Shown: piece by piece, positions 1 to 10,267 of the stretch | How positions within the stretch are numbered: the stretch's first letter is position 1 | Layout: each line of letters begins with the position of its first letter | Source: Micropruina sp. | GTDB lineage: Bacteria > Actinomycetota > Actinomycetes > Propionibacteriales > Propionibacteriaceae | Direction: 5' to 3' | NCBI GenBank assembly: GCA_047602545.1 | Contig: JASGHC010000003.1 | Coordinates: 88,266 to 152,265 of the forward strand | Length of the DNA: 64,000 bases | The notes under the pieces: generated by a model | What the model saw: the letters and a program-made list of their open reading frames with translations, nothing else | Databases searched by the model: none | What the model was told of the DNA's origin: nothing | Translations under genes and position numbers: made by a program

Positions 1-794
1 TCGATCCTGACTCCGGACGGCTCACCGGCGCCGACACCGGTCCGGGCCGGCTGCCGGAGCCGTCCGAGATCGAACAGGTGGCGCTCTCCCTGCTCGACTC
101 GTCAGTGACTGAGGCGGCCCGCTCGCGAGACTTGGACGGCGTCCGGCTCACCGTGAGTGCGGGCGGTACGCGTGAGGCGCTCGACCCGGTGCGTTACCTG
201 GGCAACCGATCCTCCGGGCGGATGGGCCTGGCGCTGGCTCGGGCCGCTCTGCTGCGCGGCGCCGACGTCCGGGTGGTCGCCGGTGCGATCACCGCAGCGG
301 TACCCGGCCGGGCCGAGCTGGTTGAGGTGGTCTCGACTGCTGATCTTGCCGACGCGATGACGCAGGCCGCAGCCGATTCGGATGTGCTGATCATGGCCGC
401 GGCGCCCGCCGACTTCACCCCCGCGTCGCCGAGCGACAGCAAGTTGAAGAAGGAGGGCGACGCCGGGCTGACCGTGACGTTCACCCAGACCACCGACGTG
501 CTGGCCGGTCTGGTGCGGCAGCGGCGTCCGGGGCAGGTGATCGTCGGCTTCGCCGCCGAGACCGCCGGGTCGGCGTCCGAACTGATGGAACTGGGCCGCG
601 CCAAGCTGGCCCGCAAGGGCTGCGACCTGCTGGTGCTGAACGACGTCAGCGGGGGAGCGGTCTTCGGTGCGGCCGACAATACGGTCGCCATCATTGACTC
701 CGAGGGTGTGGTCGACACCGTCGCCGGAGACAAGAATCTCGTCGCGCATCGCATTCTCGATGCCGTCGCCACTAGCAGAAAGAGCAACCGATGA
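1..794 (+). CDS. coaBC: CoaBC (phosphopantothenoylcysteine decarboxylase/synthetase), C-terminal CoaB part; the 5' end lies outside the window
   Basis: The frame of ORF 78..794 stays open back to position 3. CoaB-like motifs are present ([27 protein letters not shown]). The stop overlaps the metK start (ATGA at 791). Confidence 0.85.
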   Translation, partial: DPDSGRLTGADTGPGRLPEPSEIEQVALSLLDSSVTEAARSRDLDGVRLTVSAGGTREALDPVRYLGNRSSGRMGLALARAALLRGADVRVVAGAITAAVPGRAELVEVVSTADLADAMTQAAADSDVLIMAAAPADFTPASPSDSKLKKEGDAGLTVTFTQTTDVLAGLVRQRRPGQVIVGFAAETAGSASELMELGRAKLARKGCDLLVLNDVSGGAVFGAADNTVAIIDSEGVVDTVAGDKNLVAHRILDAVATSRKSNR

Positions 795-1981
795 GCCGCC
801 TGTTCACCTCGGAGTCCGTCACCGAGGGTCACCCCGACAAGCTCGCCGATTCGGTCTCGGACGCCGTCCTGGACGCCTTGCTCACCCAGGACGCCGACAG
901 CCGCGTCGCCGTCGAAACCCTGGTCACCACCGGCACCGTCGTGGTGGCCGGCGAGGTGTCTACCACCGGCTACGTCAACATCGCCAAGCTGACCCGGGAA
1001 CGCATCTTGCAGATCGGCTACGACTCCTCGGACAAGTCGTTCGACGGCGCGTCCTGCGGGGTGCTGGTGTCGCTGGGTGCCCAGTCGCCCGATATCGCCC
1101 AGGGTGTGGACGACGCCGGCGAGCACCGCGAGGGCGGCTCCGGCGACGCGCTCGACGCCCAGGGCGCCGGCGACCAGGGCCTGATGTTCGGCTACGCCTG
1201 CACCGACACCCCCACGCTGATGCCGCTGCCGATCGACATCGCGCACCGGCTGGCCGAGCGGCTCACCGCGGTGCGGCGCGATCGGGTGCTGCCCTTCCTG
1301 CTGCCCGACGGCAAGACCCAGGTCACCATCGCCTACGACGGTGACCGGGCGGTGTCGGTGGACACCATCGTCGTGTCGTCGCAGCACACCGGATCGGCGT
1401 CGTATGAGCGCGACATCCGGCCGGGCATCCTGCACGAGGTGGTCGAGCCGGTGCTGGCTCGGTATGACGTCTCGACGGACGGCTTGAAGGTGCATATCAA
1501 CCCGACCGGGAAGTTCGTCATCGGCGGCCCGATGGGCGACGCCGGACTGACCGGCCGGAAGATCATCGTCGACACCTACGGCGGCATGGCCCGGCACGGC
1601 GGCGGCGCCTTCTCGGGCAAGGACCCGTCCAAGGTCGACCGGTCCGCCGCCTACGCCATGCGCTGGGTCGCCAAGAACGTGGTCGCGGCCGGTTTGGCTA
1701 CGCGTTGCGAGGTGCAGGTGGCGTACGCGATCGGCCGGGCCCATCCGGTCGGCTTCTACACCGACTGCTTCGGCACCGAAACCGTGCCCCTGGAGCAGAT
1801 CACCGCAGCTGTGCTGTCGGTCTTCGATCTGCGCCCGGCCGCCCTGATCCGCGACCTGGACCTGCTCCGTCCGATCTACTCCACGACGACCAACTACGGC
1901 CACTTCGGACGCGAACTCCCCGAGTTCACCTGGGAACGCACCGACCGCGCCGACGCCCTGGCGAACGCGGTCCGCGGGTAG
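791..1981 (+). CDS. metK: S-adenosylmethionine synthase
   Basis: 396 aa with classic MetK motifs ([44 protein letters not shown]). Confidence 0.97.
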   Translation: MSRLFTSESVTEGHPDKLADSVSDAVLDALLTQDADSRVAVETLVTTGTVVVAGEVSTTGYVNIAKLTRERILQIGYDSSDKSFDGASCGVLVSLGAQSPDIAQGVDDAGEHREGGSGDALDAQGAGDQGLMFGYACTDTPTLMPLPIDIAHRLAERLTAVRRDRVLPFLLPDGKTQVTIAYDGDRAVSVDTIVVSSQHTGSASYERDIRPGILHEVVEPVLARYDVSTDGLKVHINPTGKFVIGGPMGDAGLTGRKIIVDTYGGMARHGGGAFSGKDPSKVDRSAAYAMRWVAKNVVAAGLATRCEVQVAYAIGRAHPVGFYTDCFGTETVPLEQITAAVLSVFDLRPAALIRDLDLLRPIYSTTTNYGHFGRELPEFTWERTDRADALANAVRG

Positions 1982-2257
1982 TTCCCGCGTTCGTCCTTCC
2001 GTCGGACGCCCCGGGATTTCGTTGGTCGAGCTTGTCGAGACCCACTTCTGTGGTCCTGTCTCGCTGGTTGCGTTTGGTTCCGCGGAGTGGGCTGCACCCC
2101 GTCCCGCCCGTGCGCAGCTCGCCCTACTTCTGCTGTTGTCTTGGAGTCCCTGGCAGGGGGCTCGCGCGCTTTACGCCCGACCTACCCGGACGGGGTGCAG
2201 CCCACTCCGCTTTCCGGTTGCGTCGTGTTCGCAGCTCGCGTTCTGGTGGTCGAGCTT

Positions 2258-2349
2258 GTTGGTCACTGGGGTCGGCTTCTTTGGTTGCCCGGGGACGGTT
2301 CCTTTGGTTACCCGGGGACGGTTCTCTTGGTTACCCGGGGATGGTTCTC
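2258..2349. repeat. Tandem 23-bp repeat: three good units plus one degenerate unit (TTGGTTACCCGGGGACGGTTCTC)
   Basis: Read directly. Units lie at about 2281-2303, 2304-2326 and 2327-2349, with a degenerate copy at 2258-2280. The repeat sits in the 550-bp metK-priA spacer. Confidence 0.8.
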
Positions 2350-2398
2350 CGGGTCGCTGCTGATCGCGCGATCGACCACTGGTGACCGGATCCCGGCA

Positions 2399-2426
2399 CT
2401 ACTTTCGGGATATTTCCCGAAAGTAG
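2399..2426. other. Perfect hairpin or palindrome (12-bp arms CTACTTTCGGGA / TCCCGAAAGTAG, 4-nt loop), flanked by two copies of the palindrome GATCGCGCGATC
   Basis: Read directly. The GATCGCGCGATC copies lie at about 2362-2374 and 2452-2464, roughly symmetric around the hairpin and about 110 bp upstream of the priA start. Confidence 0.6.
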
Positions 2427-2534
2427 CGGGTGTTTCCTGAAAGCTGTGGCCGATCGCGCGATCGGTCACGTCCGTCCGCGCGGTGAGATCTCCGCCGAGC
2501 GCGCGCACGCGATGACCGGCGTCCGGAATCGTCG

Positions 2535-4505
2535 GTGCCGACCTCTAGCATCGAGTTCGTGGTTGAGCCGAGGGTTGCGCGGGTGGCGGTAGACATGCCG
2601 TTGCCGCATCTCGATCGACCGTTTGACTACGCCATTCCCGACGAGTTGGCGTCCGCGGTGGTGCCGGGTTGCCGGGTGAAGGTCCGGTTTGCCGGACGGC
2701 AGCGCGACGGCTATGTGCTCGAGGTGGCGGCCGCGTCGGACGCCGATCGCGAGCTGTCGCCGCTGCTGAAGGTGGTCTCGTCCGAGCCGGTGCTGCGGCC
2801 CGAGATCGCGGCCGTGATCAGGGACGTCGCCGACCACTACGCGGGCACGTTCGCCGATGTCGTCCGGTTGGCGGTGCCACCCCGGCACGGGATGACCGAG
2901 ACGGCCGACCCTGCTGACTATCCGCGCCCGCACGCGCCCGACGGCGACCCGGTGGTGCTGCCGAAGTATCCGCACGGGGCGTCGCTGCTGCGGGCGCTGG
3001 GCGGCGACGTCGCACCTCGGGCGGCGCTGTGCTTGGCGCCGGTGGCGCGTCCGGTGGGGGACTGGGCCGCGGCCCTGATCGAGGCGGCGTCCGCAACCCT
3101 GGCGGGTGGTCGCGGCGTTCTGCTGCTGGTGCCGGACGCGTCCGACCTGACCCGGTTGGAGGTGCGCTGCGCCGAGGCGTTCGGACGCGGCAGCTTCGTC
3201 ACACTCACCGCCGAGAAGGGTCCGGCGGCCCGGTACCGGGCGTTTCTGGCGGCCGCCCGCGGGCAGGTGCGGTTGGTGCTCGGCACCCGGGCGGCGGCGT
3301 TCGCCCCGGTCGCCGACCTCGGGCTGATCGCGATGTTCGACGACGGCGACGATTCGTGGGCTGAGCCGCGGGCACCCTATCCGCATGCGCGGGTGGTGGC
3401 CGCGCTGCGCGCCACCCGGCAGCGCTGCGGACTGCTCTACGTCGGGTACGCCCGCAGCACCGAAACCCAGGCGATGGCCGACCGGGGCTGGTTGGTGCCG
3501 GTGGAACTGCCCGGTCCGGCGCGGCGCGAGGCGTGTCCGGTCGTCCGGGCCACCGACGACGGCACCGCGCCGGCCGGACGCGACCCAGCGGTGCATTCCC
3601 GGTTGCCGCACGAGGTGTTCACCACCATCCGGGCCGGGCTGGCGTCCGGCCCCGTGCTGGTGCAGGTGCCGCGAGCCGGCTACATGGCTGGGTTGGCCTG
3701 CGCCCGCTGTCGGACGGTCGCCCGCTGTCCGTCCTGCGGCCATCCGCTGGCCGGGGAACGGGCCGAGCGGGGGCCGGTACCGGTGTGCCGGGCGTGCGGC
3801 GTCCGGCCCGACTGGCATTGCGCGGACTGCGGCAGCGCCGAGCTGCGTGCACCCCGGGTGGGGGTGGTACGAACTGCCGAGGAGTTGGGCCGGGCATTCC
3901 CGCAGACGCCGGTGGTGCAGTCCAGCGGCGACCATCCGGTGGCCGAGGTGGGTGCCGAGCCGGCCTTGGTGCTGTCCACGCCCGGCGTCGAGCCGATGGC
4001 CGCCGGCGGTTATGCGGCGGCGGTGCTGCTGGACGCCGAGGTGTTGCTGGCCCGGGCCGATCTCCGGGCGGCGGAGGAGGCGCTGCGGCGCTGGCTGGCT
4101 GCCGTGGCTCTGGTGCGCGGCGCGTCCGACGACGGCAGCGTGGTGGTGGCCGGGCCGGCGTCCGCGCGGGCCATCCAGGCGCTGGTGCGGCTCGATCCGG
4201 CGGGTTTCGCCGAGCGTGAGCTGGCCGACCGTGCCGAGGTCGGCTTCCCGCCGGCGACCCGGCTGGTCAGCCTGGAGGGCGGCGTCCAGGCCGTCGAGGA
4301 CGCCGTCCGCGCAATCCACGCTGAGACCGGGGTGGTGCCGCTGGGTCCCGTGCCAGTCGCCGACGGCGAGGTGCGCGCGCTGCTGCGGACACCGCTCGGC
4401 GCGGGACGTGCGCTGGTGGCCGCCGCCAAGGCCGTCCAGATCCGGCGGACGGCGCACAAAGAGGACGGCTCGCTGCGGGTGCGGGTCGATCCCGCGGTTC
4501 TCTGA
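2535..4505 (+). CDS. priA: Primosomal protein N' (PriA helicase, actinobacterial type)
   Basis: 656 aa. The N-terminus reads VARVAVDMPLPHLDRPFDY, a Cys4 zinc-binding cluster is present (CARCRTVARCPSCGHPL...CRACG...HCADCG), and the position before fmt fits. Confidence 0.88.
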   Translation: MPTSSIEFVVEPRVARVAVDMPLPHLDRPFDYAIPDELASAVVPGCRVKVRFAGRQRDGYVLEVAAASDADRELSPLLKVVSSEPVLRPEIAAVIRDVADHYAGTFADVVRLAVPPRHGMTETADPADYPRPHAPDGDPVVLPKYPHGASLLRALGGDVAPRAALCLAPVARPVGDWAAALIEAASATLAGGRGVLLLVPDASDLTRLEVRCAEAFGRGSFVTLTAEKGPAARYRAFLAAARGQVRLVLGTRAAAFAPVADLGLIAMFDDGDDSWAEPRAPYPHARVVAALRATRQRCGLLYVGYARSTETQAMADRGWLVPVELPGPARREACPVVRATDDGTAPAGRDPAVHSRLPHEVFTTIRAGLASGPVLVQVPRAGYMAGLACARCRTVARCPSCGHPLAGERAERGPVPVCRACGVRPDWHCADCGSAELRAPRVGVVRTAEELGRAFPQTPVVQSSGDHPVAEVGAEPALVLSTPGVEPMAAGGYAAAVLLDAEVLLARADLRAAEEALRRWLAAVALVRGASDDGSVVVAGPASARAIQALVRLDPAGFAERELADRAEVGFPPATRLVSLEGGVQAVEDAVRAIHAETGVVPLGPVPVADGEVRALLRTPLGAGRALVAAAKAVQIRRTAHKEDGSLRVRVDPAVL

Positions 4506-4729
4506 GCCGAGTACGCCATCGGCCACAGTCCGCGGGTCAGCGCACCAGTCCCGGCTGGGGTGCAAACCGGTCCGGTTGGAGGTCAAGCGCACCGGCTGGT
4601 GGTGGGCCGGCGCACGCCGGACTCCACGAGCGAGCCCGCGGTGATCGAGCCGTCCTCCCGGATCAAGTCCGGGATGACCAGGTGACGATGCGCCGGCCGC
4701 ACTCAGGCCGCACCCAGCCTCGTCCGGCC

Positions 4730-4899
4730 CACTAGTGGCCTGTCGCTCCTGAGGCTTGGTCCTGGCGGCTCGCCGGGCACGCGCCTCGCGTCGTTCTCCT
4801 CAGTCGTGCTTCGACCCGGTAGGCCCTGGCTCGTCGGCCTAGCGATGCACGCACCCGAAAGCCGCCAGCCCCAAGCCTCAGGGTCGACAGACCACTAGG
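4730..4899. other. About 170-nt imperfect long hairpin in the priA-fmt spacer
   Basis: The left arm 4732-4759 plus 4762-4770 pairs with the right arm 4860-4868 plus 4871-4898 (about 34 of 37 bp). The apical region is 89 nt. The right arm ends about 9 nt before the fmt GTG. Confidence 0.6.
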
Positions 4900-4907
4900 C
4901 TGACGCG

Positions 4908-5828
4908 GTGCGTCTCGTATTTGCCGGCACCCCGGAGGTTGCCCTGCCCACCCTGGAGGCGCTGGCGGCGTCCCGCCACGAGCTCGTCGGCGTGGTCACC
5001 CGTCCGGACGCCGCCCAGGGTCGCAGCAGGCGTTTGGTCCCGAGCCCCGTCGCAGCCTGGGCGGCTGAGCGGGGCATCGAGACGCTGAAGCCGGTCAGCC
5101 CCCGCGAACCGGCGTTCGCCGCGCGGCTCCGGGAGCTGGCCCCGGACTGTGGCCCGGTCGTCGCCTACGGTGCACTCATCCCCGGTGACGTGCTGGCGAT
5201 CCCGCAGCACGGGTGGGTGAACGTGCACTTCTCGCTGCTGCCCGCCTGGCGTGGGGCGGCTCCGGTGCAGCGCGGCATCCTGGCCGGAGACCCCGAGACC
5301 GGGATCTCGCTGTTCGACCTGGTACCGGCTCTCGACGCCGGTGACCTCTACCGCCAGGAGCTGTCCCCGCTGGGTGAGACCGAAACCTCCGGCGACGTGC
5401 TCACCCGGCTGGCCGATCGCGGTGCCGAACTGCTGGTCGAGGTGCTGGACGCTCTCGAAGCCGGCACCGCCGTCCGCACCGCGCAGTCCGACCACGGCAT
5501 CACCCTGGCCCCCAAGCTGACCGTCGCCGACGCCCGGATCGACTGGACCCGCCCCGCGGTCGAGATCGACCGGAAGATTCGGGCCTGCAACCCGAACCCG
5601 GTGGCCTGGACCACCTATCGCGGCGAGCGGTTCAAGATCCACCTCGGCCGGGCTCAGGCCGGCACGATCCTCGACCCCGGCGTGATCGACGCCGGACGTC
5701 GCTCCGTCATTGTCGGTACCGGCCGCGGCGTTCTGGAGCTCATCCAGGTGCAACCGGCCGGGAAACGTGCAATGGCGGCCGCCGACTGGGGACGTGGCCT
5801 GGGCGGCGACCCGGGAGCCTTCGAGTGA
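4908..5828 (+). CDS. fmt: Methionyl-tRNA formyltransferase
   Basis: 306 aa with MRLVFAGTPEVALPTL and HFSLLPAWRGAAPVQ motifs. Confidence 0.95.
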   Translation: MRLVFAGTPEVALPTLEALAASRHELVGVVTRPDAAQGRSRRLVPSPVAAWAAERGIETLKPVSPREPAFAARLRELAPDCGPVVAYGALIPGDVLAIPQHGWVNVHFSLLPAWRGAAPVQRGILAGDPETGISLFDLVPALDAGDLYRQELSPLGETETSGDVLTRLADRGAELLVEVLDALEAGTAVRTAQSDHGITLAPKLTVADARIDWTRPAVEIDRKIRACNPNPVAWTTYRGERFKIHLGRAQAGTILDPGVIDAGRRSVIVGTGRGVLELIQVQPAGKRAMAAADWGRGLGGDPGAFE

Positions 5829-7402
5829 GCGCCAACACGAATCCGGATCGGGCCGGAACTAACCAGCCCACACCGGATCGTTCTCGCCGGTCTGCCGCTG
5901 GGAACGCGCGGCTCAATGAGGTCTCGACTGCGGCGCGCTCGGCGGGCGATCGAGGACCCACGTCTCTTGCGCCGGACGACCCGGGACCGCGCGGCGCGAA
6001 CCCTCGTCGGTCGAACCCGTCGAAGTCCGCTGATAGGGAGGTCACGAGAAGCTCAACCAAGGCACATCGGCGTTCCACCAGGTCCGGGGGCACCAGGCGT
6101 GAGGGCGGCCCTGACCTGGCCCGGCTCGCCGCCTATCGCACGCTCCGCGCCATCACCGCCGACGACGCCTACGCCAACCTCGCCCTCGCCGAGCACACCG
6201 TCGGCCTCTCCGCGCGCGATGCCGCCTTCGCCACCGAACTTGTCGCCGGCACCTGCCGGGCACTCGGCCTGTACGACGCGATCATCGTCTCGGCGGGGGG
6301 ACGGCCGCTCAAATCCCTGCAGCCCGCCGTCGTCGACCTGCTGCGTCTCGGCACCCATCAGCTGATCGAGTTGCGGGTACCGACGCACGCCGCCGTCGCC
6401 GCCACCGTCGAACTGGCCAGGACCGCGGTCTCGCAGCGGGTCACCGGTGTGGTGAACGCGATCCTGCGCAAGGTGGCGGCCCTGGACGCCGACGGCTGGG
6501 CGGCGCGGCTGCGGGCCGAACGCTCCGACGCCGACGCTCTGTTGGCCCGCCACCCGCAATGGATCATCGACGCCTACACCGACCTGCTCCCGGCCGATGA
6601 GGTGACCGCACTGCTGGCCGCTGACAACGAACCGCCGGTGCCGCACCTGGTGGTGCGCCCCGGGCTGGCCGAGGTTGCCGAACTGGGCGGACGGCCGCTG
6701 CGCTGGTCGCCGTTCGGCGCCGAGGCGTCCGGCAACCCGGCGGACGTGCCCGCGGTCGCACAGGGCCGCGCCGGCGTCCAGGACGAGGGGTCGCAACTGA
6801 TCGCCTGGGCACTGACCCGGGTCGAGGCGCCGGACGGCCCCTGGCTCGACCTGTGCGCCGGGCCGGGCGGCAAAACCGCGTTGCTCGCCGGACTGGCCCG
6901 CGACAAGGGCGAACGGCTCCTGGCCAGCGAACTCCAACCGCATCGTGCGGCCCTGGTCGCCCGCGCCTTGGCCAGCTACCCGGAGCCGGTGCCGGTCGTC
7001 ATCGCCGCCGACGGAGCCCGCCCCGCGTGGCCGCAGAACCGCTTCGCCCGGGTGCTGCTGGACGCCCCCTGCACCGGCCTGGGTGCGTTGCGCCGACGTC
7101 CGGAAGCCCGCTGGCGGCGGCGTCCGGCCGACCTGGACGACCTGGTGCCGCTGCAGCACCAACTCCTCGCCTCGGCGATCGCCGCGACCCTGCCCGGAGG
7201 CGTGATCGCGTACGCCACCTGCTCGCCGCACCGGCGCGAAACCACCGAGATCGTCGAGGCGGCGTCCGGTGTCGAGGTGCTGGACGCGCCCGCCGTCCTC
7301 CCCGAAGTCCCGGATGCGGCCCGCGGTCCCTACCTGCAGCTGTGGCCGCACCGCCACGGCACCGACGCGATGTTCCTCGCCTTGCTCCGTAAGACCAGGT
7401 GA
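5825..7402 (+). CDS. rsmB: 16S rRNA (cytosine-C5)-methyltransferase RsmB/Sun, with a basic low-complexity N-terminal extension
   Basis: The start overlaps the fmt stop. A NusB-like region is followed by a SAM methyltransferase region (DLCAGPGGKT, LLDAPCTGLGALRRRPE, YATCS). Confidence 0.88.
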   Translation: MSANTNPDRAGTNQPTPDRSRRSAAGNARLNEVSTAARSAGDRGPTSLAPDDPGPRGANPRRSNPSKSADREVTRSSTKAHRRSTRSGGTRREGGPDLARLAAYRTLRAITADDAYANLALAEHTVGLSARDAAFATELVAGTCRALGLYDAIIVSAGGRPLKSLQPAVVDLLRLGTHQLIELRVPTHAAVAATVELARTAVSQRVTGVVNAILRKVAALDADGWAARLRAERSDADALLARHPQWIIDAYTDLLPADEVTALLAADNEPPVPHLVVRPGLAEVAELGGRPLRWSPFGAEASGNPADVPAVAQGRAGVQDEGSQLIAWALTRVEAPDGPWLDLCAGPGGKTALLAGLARDKGERLLASELQPHRAALVARALASYPEPVPVVIAADGARPAWPQNRFARVLLDAPCTGLGALRRRPEARWRRRPADLDDLVPLQHQLLASAIAATLPGGVIAYATCSPHRRETTEIVEAASGVEVLDAPAVLPEVPDAARGPYLQLWPHRHGTDAMFLALLRKTR

Positions 7403-7436
7403 AACCGCCAGGGAAGCGCTGACCGTCGTTGCTCAC

Positions 7437-7495
7437 AGCTTGTCGAGACCCTGGACGACCTGGTGCTGGCAAAGGGTCTCGGACAAGCTCAACCG
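7437..7495. repeat. Palindromic intergenic repeat (REP/MITE-like), full hairpin copy
   Basis: AGCTTGTCGAGACCC (7437-7451) pairs with GGGTCTCGGACAAGCT (7474-7489). The loop contains TGGACGACCTGGTGCTGG, which is identical to the loop of the copy at 60240-60308. Confidence 0.7.
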
Positions 7496-7548
7496 GCGGC
7501 GGTCACGTTGATCAGCGCGTCCCTGGGCATCGGGATAGGGTGCCACTC

Positions 7549-8214
7549 ATGACGATGCGGATCACGCCGAGCATTCTGAACGCCAATCTCGCCAATCTGG
7601 CCGGCGAGATCGCCCGGATTCCCAGTGCCGACGGTGTGCACGTCGATGTGATGGACAACCACTTCGTGCCCAACATGACGTTCGGGCTGCCGGTGGTCGA
7701 GTGCATCCGGGCGAGCACCACGGCGTTCCTCGACATCCACCTGATGATCGCCGAGGTCGACCGCTGGGCGCCGGCCTTCGCCGACGCCGGGTGCGAGTCG
7801 GTCACCTTCCACGCCGAGTCGTCCCACGCCCCGATCAAGCTGGCCCGCGAGTTGCGGGCTCTGGGCGCCCGGGCTTCGATGGCGCTCCGCCCGGCCACCC
7901 CGATCGAGCCGTACGCCGACATGCTCGGCGAGCTCGACATGGTGCTGCTGATGACCGTCGAGCCCGGTTTCGGCGGCCAGAAGTTCCTCGACCTGGTGCT
8001 GCCGAAGATCCGCCGGACCCGTGAGCTGATCGAGGCCCGCGGCGGCGAGATCTGGCTGCAGGTTGACGGCGGGGTGTCGGTGGACACCATCGAACGCTGC
8101 GCCGAAGCAGGTGCGGACACCTTCGTCGCCGGCTCCGCCGTATACGGCGCCGACGACCCCGACGCCATGGTGATTGCGCTGCGCGAGCAGGCGATCGCCG
8201 CCTGCGCGCATTGA
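7549..8214 (+). CDS. rpe: Ribulose-phosphate 3-epimerase
   Basis: An internal ATG of ORF 7429..8214 gives [17 protein letters not shown]. Further motifs are [12 protein letters not shown] and [12 protein letters not shown]. Confidence 0.93.
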   Translation: MTMRITPSILNANLANLAGEIARIPSADGVHVDVMDNHFVPNMTFGLPVVECIRASTTAFLDIHLMIAEVDRWAPAFADAGCESVTFHAESSHAPIKLARELRALGARASMALRPATPIEPYADMLGELDMVLLMTVEPGFGGQKFLDLVLPKIRRTRELIEARGGEIWLQVDGGVSVDTIERCAEAGADTFVAGSAVYGADDPDAMVIALREQAIAACAH

Positions 8215-9068
8215 CCAGGCAGCTGGTCGCCGTCCTCGGCCGCGGCGTCGTGCCGACGGCCGACCCGATCGCGACCGCCGACGATGTCGGCCTGGTCAGG
8301 GGCGATGGCTGCTTCGACGCGATGCGGGTGCTCGGCGGCGGCCCGGACGCCGTGGTCGAGAACCTGGACGACCACCTGGTCCGCTTCGCCGAATCGGCGG
8401 CCACTCTTGACCTGCCGTTCGACATCGACGCCTGGCGTGCCCTGATCGCGGACGCCGTCGCCTCCTGGGAGCCGGCGCCCGAAGCAGTGCTCAAACTGGT
8501 GCTCACCCGCGGCCCGGAATCGACGCCGGGCGTCCCGACCGGCTTCCTGACCCTCACCGAACTCGACCTGGACGCGATGCATCGGGCGCGGACGCTCGGC
8601 ATCGCCGTCCGGACGATGAACCGCGGCTACGCCAGCGACGCCTTCACCGACGCCCCCTGGCTGCTGGGCGGAGCGAAGTTGCTGTCCTACGCGATCAACG
8701 CCGCCGCGAAACGTCACGCCGGACGGCACGGCGACGACGACGCCCTCTTCGTCAGTTCGGACGGTTACGCCCTCGAAGCGCCCACCGCCGCGGTGATCGT
8801 GTTGCGGGACGGCGTCCTGACCACCACACCGCCAGGGGGGACCGGCATTCTCGACTCGATCACCGTCCGGCAGTTGTTCGCCGGTGCCGCGGCCGAGGGC
8901 GTCGAAACCCGGTACGAGCTGATTCCCACCGACGACCTCTTCACCGCCGACGGGGTCTGGCTGGCCTCATCAATCCGCGGCGTATGTCCGGTCGTGCGTT
9001 TGGACGGACGCGACGTTCGCGTTGACGCCGCCTGGTCCATGCGAGTGGCCGCCTGGGGAGGCTTCTGA
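8211..9068 (+). CDS. Class IV (fold type IV) aminotransferase / aminodeoxychorismate-lyase-like protein
   Basis: 285 aa with a TTG start overlapping the rpe stop. The general class IV pattern is present ([10 protein letters not shown]..., ...[12 protein letters not shown]). Confidence 0.7.
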   Translation: MTRQLVAVLGRGVVPTADPIATADDVGLVRGDGCFDAMRVLGGGPDAVVENLDDHLVRFAESAATLDLPFDIDAWRALIADAVASWEPAPEAVLKLVLTRGPESTPGVPTGFLTLTELDLDAMHRARTLGIAVRTMNRGYASDAFTDAPWLLGGAKLLSYAINAAAKRHAGRHGDDDALFVSSDGYALEAPTAAVIVLRDGVLTTTPPGGTGILDSITVRQLFAGAAAEGVETRYELIPTDDLFTADGVWLASSIRGVCPVVRLDGRDVRVDAAWSMRVAAWGGF

Positions 9069-9090
9069 CCAAGGCCAGCGCTCGGACGGG

Positions 9091-9285
9091 CTAGGTGCGC
9101 CGCCGTAGTGACGGATCGTCGATCTCGGCGATCCGCGCCGCCACGATCGTGCGGATGGTGTCGTCCGTCAGCGGCCGCTCCGGTTGGAAGCGGATCGTTC
9201 CCTTGTCGTAGTCGAGGTCGTTGACCGAGTCATCTACCGGATCGTTGACGCCCGGTTGGTGATCGAGGTGGTCTCCGGCGTCCAC
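9091..9285 (-). CDS. Small acidic hypothetical protein (about 64 aa)
   Basis: Only the 3' part of ORF 9091..9636 shows G/C-rich third positions, so a GTG start at VDAGDHL is proposed. No family was recognised. Confidence 0.35.
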   Translation of the reverse strand: MDAGDHLDHQPGVNDPVDDSVNDLDYDKGTIRFQPERPLTDDTIRTIVAARIAEIDDPSLRRRT

Positions 9286-9329
9286 CGCAGGGACGCCTAC
9301 CGCAACTGACGTCTGCGTAGAGCGCTCAA

Positions 9330-10202
9330 TTACCGCAGGCCGGGCGCCGGCGGGTTGCGGCGCCGCCGCAGGTACCGCTGGATCTCGGCGGCGATCGCCT
9401 CGCCCTGCGGTTCCGGCTGGTTCTCGTCGCGCCGCTCTTCGAGGGCGGTGATGTAGGCCGAGATGTCGCTGTCCTCGGACGCCAGCTCGTTGACCTGGCT
9501 CTCCCACAGCGCGGCCTGGTCGGGCAGTTCGCCGGTGTCGAGCGGGGTGTCCAGCAGGTCTTCCAGGCGGTCGAGCAACGCCAACGTCGCCTTCGGGTTG
9601 GGCGGTTCGGCGACGTAATGCGGCACGGACGCCCACAGCGAGGCTGCGCGCAGCCCCAGCACGGTGCAGTCGGCGGCGATCACGCTGAGGATGCCGCAGG
9701 GTCCCTCGTAGTCGGAGACTTCAACCCCCAAGTCCGCCGCGACGTCGTCGGTGGTCGCGGACGCGTTGACCGGTACCGGCCGTGAGTGCGGGGCGTCGGT
9801 CAGCATCGCGCCCAGGAACACCACGATGTCGGGCCCGACGGTGCGGATCGCCGAGACCAGCGCCGAGGAGAATGCCCGCCAGTGGAAGTTGGGCTCGGGC
9901 CCGCCGATCAGCACCAGATCGCGTTCCGGCAAAGGCGCCACCAGCACCTCGGTGGTTGGCCATTGAAGAGTCCGCTCGCCCCCGGACGTGGTGGCGATGG
10001 TGGGCCGGTTCACCTGGAAGTCGTAGTAGTCGTCAGGGTCGATGGCGAACGCCAGCTTGGCCGAGGTGATCTCGGCGAGGTGGTCGATCACCCCGCTCGC
10101 GGCGTCTCCGGCGTCGTTCCAGCCCCCGAAGGCGGCCACCACAGCCGGGTTCCGCAGGTTCTTCAGCGACTTCACCTGAGCCATAGCGGCCATGCTACTC
10201 AT
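9330..10202 (-). CDS. PAC2 (proteasome assembly chaperone 2) family protein
   Basis: 290 aa. The N-terminus LRNPAVVAAFGGWNDAGDAAS is typical of actinobacterial PAC2-family proteins, and the gene neighbours metH as in mycobacteria. Confidence 0.8.
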   Translation of the reverse strand: MSSMAAMAQVKSLKNLRNPAVVAAFGGWNDAGDAASGVIDHLAEITSAKLAFAIDPDDYYDFQVNRPTIATTSGGERTLQWPTTEVLVAPLPERDLVLIGGPEPNFHWRAFSSALVSAIRTVGPDIVVFLGAMLTDAPHSRPVPVNASATTDDVAADLGVEVSDYEGPCGILSVIAADCTVLGLRAASLWASVPHYVAEPPNPKATLALLDRLEDLLDTPLDTGELPDQAALWESQVNELASEDSDISAYITALEERRDENQPEPQGEAIAAEIQRYLRRRRNPPAPGLR

Positions 10203-10267
10203 GCCTCACCGAGTCACCCGGGACGACTCAACGGCGAGCTCAGGCACGGTTTCCGCCGGTGATCGAT

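Noticed and set aside
2258-2349. Tandem repeats at 2258-2349 and 20127-20235 as possible CRISPR arrays.
   Set aside because: The units are directly adjacent with no unique spacers, there are only 3-4 copies, and there are no cas genes.
194-4592. Long antisense ORFs over coaBC/metK (194..1903 -) and priA (2466..4592 -).
   Set aside because: They show the same high-GC artefact composition, and the opposite strand encodes unmistakable MetK and PriA.
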